From a virus (lineage: Duplodnaviria > Heunggongvirae > Uroviricota > Caudoviricetes), in the IMG/VR virus record IMGVR_UViG_3300015188_000046: a stretch of 4,775 nucleotides of DNA; one strand, 5' to 3'. Made by a program: the position numbers and the translations under genes. The notes under the pieces are model-generated. The model saw only the letters and a list, made by a program, of their open reading frames with translations, did not search any database and was not told the DNA's origin. Numbering within the stretch: position 1 is the stretch's first letter; the number at the start of each line of letters is the position of its first letter. This document shows positions 1 through 4,775 of this stretch, one piece after another.

Positions 1-31
1 ACTGGAGTTCAGACGTGTGCTCTTCCGATCT
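1..31. other. Illumina TruSeq-type adapter sequence (technical artefact, not biological)
   Basis: Positions 1-31 read ACTGGAGTTCAGACGTGTGCTCTTCCGATCT, the 3' part of the TruSeq indexed-adapter / read-2 primer site. Identified from memory of the adapter sequence. Confidence 0.9.
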
Positions 32-55
32 GCCGTGCGGCTTAAGGTGGAAAGG

Positions 56-226
56 ATGAACGAGCCTCGTTGTATTGCTCAGTTATTGCGTAACGAAAGC
101 CCAAGGGCGATTGACTTCACCATTACCCACGGTAAGGGGCGTAAGGGAATCATTATCCGCACCAAAAAACAGAGTCCGTTAAAGAAGGCTCTGACCTTTC
201 TGAAAAGCCGGAGGGTCTGGAAATGA
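56..226 (+). CDS. Small hypothetical protein, 5' end uncertain (possibly truncated by the insert boundary); sits where P2 has orf78, immediately upstream of B
   Basis: The frame is open from the adapter junction (32) to TGA 224-226. The first ATG is at 56, preceded by GGTGGA (47-52). The ORF-track start at 17 is a GTG inside the adapter and is not credible. The stop overlaps the next gene's start (ATGA at 223-226). Confidence 0.45.
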   Translation: MNEPRCIAQLLRNESPRAIDFTITHGKGRKGIIIRTKKQSPLKKALTFLKSRRVWK

Positions 227-723
227 CAGTGATGACGCTCAATCTTGTTGAAAAACAGCCAGCAGCTATGCGCCGGATAATTGGTAAGCATCTGGCCGTC
301 CCTCGCTGGCAGGATACATGCGATTATTATAATCAGATGATGGAACGTGAACGGCTAACGGTTTGCTTCCATGCGCAGTTAAAACAGCGTCACGCAACGA
401 TGCGTTTTGAAGAAATGAACGACGTCGAACGTGAACGACTGGTATGTGCAATTGATGAATTGCGTGGCGCATTCTCAAAACGCCGTCAGGTTGGCGCAAG
501 TGAGTATGCATATATTAGTTTTTTAACAGTCAGTCAGCGCCGTACTTTATTTATGCATGCCGGATTGACTGAAAAAGAATTTAACCAGCCATACTGGCGA
601 ATTAATGAAGAATCATGTTACTGGCGTGATGCTTTATTCCGTGCATTACGTGAATTATTCAGTCTGTTTGAGTATGCACCGACAATTCTGACGTCGGTAA
701 AACCAGAGCAATATCTGCATTAA
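223..723 (+). CDS. Probable P2 gene-B-type replication accessory protein (166 aa); assignment by size and operon position only
   Basis: 166-aa ORF whose ATG overlaps the upstream stop (ATGA), ending at TAA 721-723. It is the second gene of an operon that ends in a gpA-like initiator. I recall P2 B as 166 aa but could not align the sequence. Confidence 0.7.
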   Translation: MTVMTLNLVEKQPAAMRRIIGKHLAVPRWQDTCDYYNQMMERERLTVCFHAQLKQRHATMRFEEMNDVERERLVCAIDELRGAFSKRRQVGASEYAYISFLTVSQRRTLFMHAGLTEKEFNQPYWRINEESCYWRDALFRALRELFSLFEYAPTILTSVKPEQYLH

Positions 724-744
724 GTAATTAACCAGAGTTTTTAA

Positions 745-776
745 CGCACTTAATCGTGCGGGGGCTTCTTTTTGCC
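745..776 (+). terminator. Short hairpin followed by a T-rich tract; possible weak attenuator or intrinsic terminator between the B-like gene and the next ORF
   Basis: CGCAC (745-749) pairs with GTGCG (756-760) around a 6-nt loop TTAATC, followed by GGGGCTTCTTTTTGCC (761-776). The stem is only 5 bp and the T-run is not immediately adjacent. Confidence 0.2.
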
Positions 777-787
777 TGGAGAAAGTC

Positions 788-1012
788 ATGCATACAGTTT
801 CTGAAAATCAGTGCGGTAAATACGCATTACTGCTGCAACAGGCCAGAACCGAAGCACAGGCCGACGCAGCGACGCGCTTTTCTTCTCATCTTGACGCCAT
901 GATTCGCCACATCACAAAGGCGGAGTTATCCCGCGTGGAGATAGTCGAGCTGCTCAGTCAGGAGTCGGAAAAATTTCACAATATCGGATTATCTCGCGGG
1001 GAGGTGCTTTGA
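788..1012 (+). CDS. Hypothetical small protein (74 aa), early-operon ORF (P2 orf80 position)
   Basis: ATG at 788 with GGAG (778-781) six nt upstream. Stop TGA 1010-1012 overlaps the next ATG (TGATG). Confidence 0.7.
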   Translation: MHTVSENQCGKYALLLQQARTEAQADAATRFSSHLDAMIRHITKAELSRVEIVELLSQESEKFHNIGLSRGEVL

Positions 1013-1314
1013 TGTCCTGTTCTCATTCAGTTGTATTACTGAATAACGCCTTAAAAATCGCTGTTATGAAAAATGGCGATTTGTCTCTTATTCAACTGGG
1101 TCTTGATAAAGAAAAACGCGAAATAACTGAGTCTGTTATCGCGATTTATCAGAACGAATTAAATCTCCTGTCTGATGTGGTCAATTTACTTGTTAAACGC
1201 GCTGTATTTCACAAGCAAATCTCCTCCGTGGATGAACTGACGAAATTAACGACAGAAATTGCCAGCTATTGCGCTGATGAATTTAAAAAACTTAACGACA
1301 AAAGGAGCTGGTAA
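1012..1314 (+). CDS. Hypothetical protein (100 aa), AT-rich relative to its neighbours (P2 orf81 position)
   Basis: ATG at 1012 with GGGGAGGTG (997-1005) upstream. The ORF-track start at 1009 is a TTG one codon earlier. Stop TAA 1312-1314 overlaps the next ATG (TAATG). GC is about 33-37% by eye against about 50% in flanking genes. Confidence 0.7.
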   Translation: MSCSHSVVLLNNALKIAVMKNGDLSLIQLGLDKEKREITESVIAIYQNELNLLSDVVNLLVKRAVFHKQISSVDELTKLTTEIASYCADEFKKLNDKRSW

Positions 1315-1538
1315 TGCCGGACAACGTAGATTTTATTCAGGAACAACAGGCTGAATTACTGGAGCGCCAGATTAACGCGGCAAGAGTAAAACATTGCGGT
1401 GCTTCTGCGCTGGTTTGCGAAGAGTGTGACGCGCCAATACCTGCTGCCCGTCGTGCTGCTTATCCGTCAGCCACGCGTTGTGTTTCCTGTCAGTCAGTCT
1501 TTGAAGCAAAAAACAAACATTACCGGAGAATGGCATGA
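1314..1538 (+). CDS. TraR/DksA-family C4 zinc-finger protein (74 aa)
   Basis: Protein contains CEEC (codons at 1416-1427) and CVSC (1479-1490) separated by 17 residues, the CxxC-x17-CxxC signature of the DksA/TraR zinc-finger family. AAAGGAG (1301-1307) lies six nt upstream of the ATG. Stop overlaps the next start (ATGA at 1535-1538). Confidence 0.85.
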   Translation: MPDNVDFIQEQQAELLERQINAARVKHCGASALVCEECDAPIPAARRAAYPSATRCVSCQSVFEAKNKHYRRMA

Positions 1539-1810
1539 GCATTCGTATTGAAATTGGCGAACGTTATGTCGTTACCAGTGACAGCTTTCAGTTTATTCTC
1601 CACGAGAAAAAGAGAGCGGAAAGCGGTAAAAACGCCGGTCAGGAATGGCTGGCGGTGGTTGGTTATTACCCGAAATTAAGCCAGCTCGTTTCCGGCCTGA
1701 TGCATCACGATATTCTGACCGGAAGCGCAAAGTCTTTTGCTGATTTAAACGCACAGGTTGAGCAACTCAGCAGGCGTTGTTCAGAGGCTTTTGGCTCATA
1801 TGGCCGTTAA
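1535..1810 (+). CDS. Hypothetical protein (91 aa), directly upstream of and overlapping the replication initiator gene (P2 orf83 position)
   Basis: ATG 1535 with GGAG (1525-1528) six nt upstream; stop TAA 1808-1810. Overlaps the ATG-1800 start of the next gene by 11 nt. Confidence 0.75.
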   Translation: MSIRIEIGERYVVTSDSFQFILHEKKRAESGKNAGQEWLAVVGYYPKLSQLVSGLMHHDILTGSAKSFADLNAQVEQLSRRCSEAFGSYGR

Positions 1811-4088
1811 AGCCTCCGGGCGTTTTGTCCCTCCGTCAGCATTTGCCGCAGGCACCGGTAAGACGTTTACCGGTGCTTATGCATGGAACGCGCCACGCGA
1901 GGCTGTCGGGCGCGAAAGACCCCTTACACGTGACGAGATGCGTCAGGTGCAAGGTGTTTTATCCACGATTAACCGCCTGCCTTACTTTTTGCGCTCGCTG
2001 TTTACTTCACGTTATGACTACATCCGGCGCAATAAAAGCCCGGTGCACGGGTTTTATTTCCTCACATCCACTTTTCAGCGTCGTTTATGGCCGCGCATTG
2101 AGCGTGTGAATCAGCGCCATGAAATGAACACCGACGCGTCGTTGCTGTTTCTGGCAGAGCGTGACCACTATGCGCGCCTGCCGGGAATGAATGACAAGGA
2201 GCTGAAAAAGTTTGCTGCCCGTATCTCATCGCAGCTTTTCATGATGTATGAGGAACTCTGCGATGCCTGGGTTGATGCACATGGCGAAAAAGAATCGCTG
2301 TTTACGGATGAGGCGCAGGCTCACCTCTATGGTCATGTTGCTGGCGCTGCACGTGCTTTCAATATTTCCCCGCTCTACTGGAAAAAATACCGTAAAGGAC
2401 AGATGACCACGAGGCAGGCATATTCTGCCATTGCCCGTCTGTTTAACGATGAGTGGTGGACTCATCAGCTCAAAGGCCAGCGTATGCGCTGGCATGAGGC
2501 GTTACTGATTGCTGTCGGGGAGGTGAATAAAGACCGTTCTCCTTATGCCAGTAAACATGCCATTCGTGATGTACGTGCACGCCGCCAGGCAAATCTGGAA
2601 TTTCTTAAATCGTGTGACCTTGAAAACAGGGAAACCGGCGAGCGCATCGACCTTATCAGTAAGGTGATGGGCAGTATTTCTAATCCTGAAATTCGCCGGA
2701 TGGAGCTGATGAACACCATTGCCGGCATTGAGCGTTACGCCGCCGCAGAGGGTGATGTGGGGATGTTTATCACGCTGACCGCGCCGTCAAAGTATCACCC
2801 GACACGTCAAGTCGGAAAAGGCGAAAGTAAAACCGTTCAGCTTAATCACGGCTGGAACGATGAGGCATTTAATCCAAAGGATGCGCAGCGTTATCTCTGC
2901 CGCATCTGGAGCCTGATGCGCACGGCATTCAAGGATAATGATTTACAGGTCTACGGTTTGCGAGTCGTCGAGCCACACCACGACGGAACGCCGCACTGGC
3001 ATATGATGCTTTTTTGTAATCCACGCCAGCGTAACCAGATTATCGAAATCATGCGTCGCTATGCGCTCAAAGAGGATGGTGACGAAAGAGGAGCCGCGCG
3101 AAACCGTTTTCAGGCAAAGCACCTTAACCGGGGCGGTGCTGCGGGATATATCGCGAAATACATCTCAAAAAACATCGATGGCTATGCACTGGATGGTCAG
3201 CTCGATAACGATACCGGCAGGCCGCTGAAAGACACTGCTGCGGCTGTTACCGCATGGGCGTCAACGTGGCGCATCCCGCAATTTAAAACGGTTGGCCTGC
3301 CGACAATGGGAGCTTACCGTGAGCTACGTAAATTGCCTCGCGGCGTCAGCATTGCTGATGAATTTGACGAACGCGTGGAGGCTGCACGCGCCGCCGCAGA
3401 CAGTGGCGATTTTGCGCTTTATATCAGCGCGCAGGGTGGGGCAAATGTCCCGCGCGATTGTCAGACTGTCAGGGTCGCCCGTAGCCCGTCGGATGACGTT
3501 AACGAGTACGAGGAAGAAGTCGAGAGAGTGGTCGGCATTTACGCGCCGCATCTCGGCGCGCGTCATATTCATATCACCAGAACGACGGACTGGCGCATTG
3601 TTCCGAAAGTTCCGGTCGTTGAGCCTTTGACTTTAAAAAGCGGCATCGCCGCGCCTCGGAGTCCTGTCAATAACTGTGGAAAGCCTGCCAGCAGTGATGC
3701 TTCGTTACCGGCTCCCACACCTTCTGAACACGCCGCAGCAGTGCTTAATCTGGTAGATGACGGTGTTATCGAATGGAATGACCCGGAGGTTGTGAGGGCG
3801 CTCAGGGGGGCATTAAAACACGGACTGAGAAGACCAAATCGCCAGCAAAGAAACGGAAGCCCGTTAAAACCACATGAAATAGCGCCATCGGCCAGACTGA
3901 CCCGGTCGGAACGAATGCAAATTACCCGTATCCGCGTTGACCTTGCTCAGAACGGTATCAGGCCTCAGCGATGGGAGATTGAGGCGCTGGCGCGTGGGGC
4001 AACCGTAAATTATGACGGGAAAAAATTCACGTATATGGTTACTAATGAGTGGTTCGGATTTCGAGATGAAGAGTCATTTTTCATGTAA
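1800..4088 (+). CDS. A: Rolling-circle replication initiator endonuclease, P2 gpA family (HUH endonuclease), ~762 aa
   Basis: Long ORF ending TAA 4086-4088. HUH motif P-H-W-H-M-M-L-F (HWH codons at 2994-3002). Paired active-site tyrosines in G-Y-I-A-K-Y-I-S-K (Tyr codons 3147-3149 and 3159-3161), the same Y-x-x-K-Y arrangement as phiX174 gpA. Start placed at the first ATG (1800); the ORF-track start at 1758 is a TTG without a convincing SD. The length matches P2 A (~761 aa) as I recall it. Confidence 0.9.
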   Translation: MAVKASGRFVPPSAFAAGTGKTFTGAYAWNAPREAVGRERPLTRDEMRQVQGVLSTINRLPYFLRSLFTSRYDYIRRNKSPVHGFYFLTSTFQRRLWPRIERVNQRHEMNTDASLLFLAERDHYARLPGMNDKELKKFAARISSQLFMMYEELCDAWVDAHGEKESLFTDEAQAHLYGHVAGAARAFNISPLYWKKYRKGQMTTRQAYSAIARLFNDEWWTHQLKGQRMRWHEALLIAVGEVNKDRSPYASKHAIRDVRARRQANLEFLKSCDLENRETGERIDLISKVMGSISNPEIRRMELMNTIAGIERYAAAEGDVGMFITLTAPSKYHPTRQVGKGESKTVQLNHGWNDEAFNPKDAQRYLCRIWSLMRTAFKDNDLQVYGLRVVEPHHDGTPHWHMMLFCNPRQRNQIIEIMRRYALKEDGDERGAARNRFQAKHLNRGGAAGYIAKYISKNIDGYALDGQLDNDTGRPLKDTAAAVTAWASTWRIPQFKTVGLPTMGAYRELRKLPRGVSIADEFDERVEAARAAADSGDFALYISAQGGANVPRDCQTVRVARSPSDDVNEYEEEVERVVGIYAPHLGARHIHITRTTDWRIVPKVPVVEPLTLKSGIAAPRSPVNNCGKPASSDASLPAPTPSEHAAAVLNLVDDGVIEWNDPEVVRALRGALKHGLRRPNRQQRNGSPLKPHEIAPSARLTRSERMQITRIRVDLAQNGIRPQRWEIEALARGATVNYDGKKFTYMVTNEWFGFRDEESFFM
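3651..3670 (+). other. Candidate replication origin / gpA nick region inside the A coding sequence (tentative)
   Basis: Sequence GCGCCTCGGAGTCCTGTCAA lies about 81% into the A gene. In P2 the origin is inside the 3' part of gene A, and I recall (unverified) a nick-site sequence of this kind. No hairpin or iteron structure is visible here to support it independently. Confidence 0.25.
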
Positions 4089-4101
4089 AACACTTTAAAA
4101 T

Positions 4102-4143
4102 TCAATGCAATGAAGGCATATCCATGTTGCATTGATATGCCTT
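4102..4143 (+). terminator. Two overlapping, mutually exclusive inverted repeats immediately after the gpA stop; possible operon terminator or regulatory structure
   Basis: IR-A: TCAATGCAA (4102-4110) pairs with TTGCATTGA (4127-4135). IR-B: AAGGCATAT (4113-4121) pairs with ATATGCCTT (4135-4143). They are followed by AT-rich sequence, with a T-run (TTGTTTT) about 15 nt downstream. The stems are AT-rich and the U-tract is not canonical. Confidence 0.3.
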
Positions 4144-4358
4144 TAACTTATTATATATTTGTTTTATATGAAAAAATATCATATACAGGGGGAGCAAATA
4201 CAACGGTTTACTTGTTATGATGCAAACATTGGTTAGTTAGTGAGATATATCGCCATCAATTGGGTATTTTTACCCGTGGAAAGTTAACGCTTTCTAACAC
4301 TTACCCCGCGCAACGCCCCTGCCAGCGACAGGAGTCACAGGATCAGGAGGTATGGCGT

Positions 4359-4652
4359 ATGGGTATTCGAACCCTTTGGGCGACCAAGGGTTCGTGGAGC
4401 AGGGGGCTAGTGCTGTTCAATCTCATCCTTATGAGGGCGAACCATAGTGTTGGAGCAGACATACCGTTTGCACACTATGGGCATAAGGAGCAAATCATGA
4501 AGAATGATAAATTAACCAACGAACAGCAGGCGCAGAACAAGTCAAACCTGAAAAAGTGGGCTGGTTACGCTTGGAAATTAATCAAATGGGGTATTAGACT
4601 GTTTGATTTAGTTACTCGAGCACTGGACTACTTCGAAGGGGGGGATGAGTAA
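4359..4652 (+). CDS. Small hypothetical protein: 97 aa from ATG 4359, or 51 aa from in-frame ATG 4497; first ORF after gpA (P2 orf91 position)
   Basis: ATG 4359 has AGGAGG (4345-4350) eight nt upstream. In-frame ATG 4497 has AAGGAG (4485-4490) six nt upstream. Stop TAA 4650-4652. The ORF-track start at 4260 is a TTG with no SD. The C-terminal part is Trp/Lys-rich and amphipathic (KKWAGYAWKLIKWGIRLFDLV). Confidence 0.45.
   Translation: MGIRTLWATKGSWSRGLVLFNLILMRANHSVGADIPFAHYGHKEQIMKNDKLTNEQQAQNKSNLKKWAGYAWKLIKWGIRLFDLVTRALDYFEGGDE
4368..4480 (+). promoter_or_regulatory. Two strong RNA stem-loops (possible structured leader or regulatory RNA element) overlapping the 5' part of the 4359-4652 ORF
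   Basis: SL1: CGAACCCTTTGG (4368-4379) pairs with CCAAGGGTTCG (4384-4394), giving 11 bp with one bulged T, closed by a GCGA (GNRA-type) tetraloop. SL2: perfect 9-bp inverted repeat CCATAGTGT (4442-4450) / ACACTATGG (4472-4480) around a 21-nt loop. SL2 ends 4 nt before the AAGGAG SD of the 4497 start. Confidence 0.3.
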
Positions 4653-4688
4653 TGCGTCCTCCCTAGTTTCAATAGCATGGAGTTGCCT

Positions 4689-4758
4689 ATGTTACATAAA
4701 GCCCTTCGTTTAATAAGGCAATACCATAAAGAATCAATAGTTGAGTTATCTTCATCTT
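4689..4758 (+). CDS. 5' fragment of an unknown gene that continues beyond the insert end (first ~23 codons only)
   Basis: ATG 4689 with GGAG (4679-4682) six nt upstream; an alternative in-frame ATG at 4677 has no SD. The frame stays open to the adapter junction (the apparent TAG at 4758-4760 is created by the adapter). The fragment is AT-rich, about 32% GC by eye. Confidence 0.3.
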
Positions 4759-4775
4759 AGATCGGAAGAGCGTCG
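4759..4775. other. Illumina adapter read-through (technical artefact)
   Basis: AGATCGGAAGAGCGTCG is the start of the TruSeq universal adapter read-through sequence. Confidence 0.9.

Noticed and set aside
17-55. ORF-track start codon at position 17 for the first ORF
   Set aside because: Position 17 is a GTG inside the Illumina adapter (1-31), so the predicted N-terminus is partly encoded by adapter sequence and is not biological.
79-3572. Minus-strand ORFs from the six-frame track (79..291, 266..511, 2226..2495, 2543..2728, 3324..3572)
   Set aside because: All lie antisense inside well-supported + strand genes of a tightly coupled operon, lack obvious SD sequences, and have no recognisable motifs. 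Most likely chance open frames.
1777-3630. Plus-strand ORFs 1777..2109 and 3292..3630 in alternative frames
   Set aside because: Both are embedded in the gpA coding region in a different frame, have low-complexity Arg/Leu/Ser-rich translations typical of out-of-frame reading, and have no start context.
4260-4358. TTG start at 4260 giving a 130-aa version of the small ORF
   Set aside because: TTG has no SD in front of it, and the stretch is immediately followed by two ATGs with strong SD sequences. The N-terminal extension is probably untranslated leader.
4360-4400. tRNA-like motif (GGTTCGA / TTCGAACCC) suggesting a tRNA or att site
   Set aside because: Only a T-arm-like fragment is present; no acceptor stem, D-arm or anticodon arm can be built on either strand. 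The phage attachment site would also be expected near int, on the other side of the repressor region, not after gene A.
4352-4447. Alternative-frame 31-aa ORF starting at ATG 4352
   Set aside because: The AGGAGG is only 1 nt from this ATG, which is too close, and the translation is short and featureless. The ATG at 4359 is better positioned.
4260-4700. Retron ncRNA (msr-msd), since retrons occur in P2-like prophages
   Set aside because: No convincing flanking a1/a2 inverted repeats, no resemblance to retron ncRNAs I can recall, and no reverse transcriptase gene in the window. It cannot be excluded without the downstream sequence, but nothing in the sequence specifically supports it.
1-4775. 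CRISPR arrays, tandem repeats, insertion sequences or terminal inverted repeats
   Set aside because: No direct repeats with regular spacing, no transposase-like ORF and no IS-type terminal inverted repeats were seen on reading through the window.

Overview
The window is one 4.7-kb insert flanked by untrimmed Illumina adapter sequence (1-31 and 4759-4775). Biologically it is the early replication operon of a P2-family temperate phage or prophage, probably from an enterobacterial host, with all genes on the + strand. A 5'-uncertain small ORF is followed by a 166-aa B-like protein, two small hypothetical proteins, a TraR/DksA-type C4 zinc-finger protein, a 91-aa hypothetical protein, and a ~762-aa rolling-circle replication initiator (gpA-like) with a clear HUH motif and paired catalytic tyrosines. 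Most junctions are overlapping stop/start codons, indicating one translationally coupled polycistronic unit. Downstream of gpA (4089-4758) there is an AT-rich intergenic stretch with inverted repeats, a small ORF with two strong internal start candidates that overlaps two very stable stem-loops, and the first ~23 codons of an AT-rich gene that runs off the insert end. This 3' region is where P2-like phages carry variable accessory and defence cargo, so it is the only place a novel system could begin, but the window ends before any such system can be seen. I cannot support a claim of a complete undescribed system from this sequence alone. All family assignments rest on motifs read by eye and on gene order; no database search was run.
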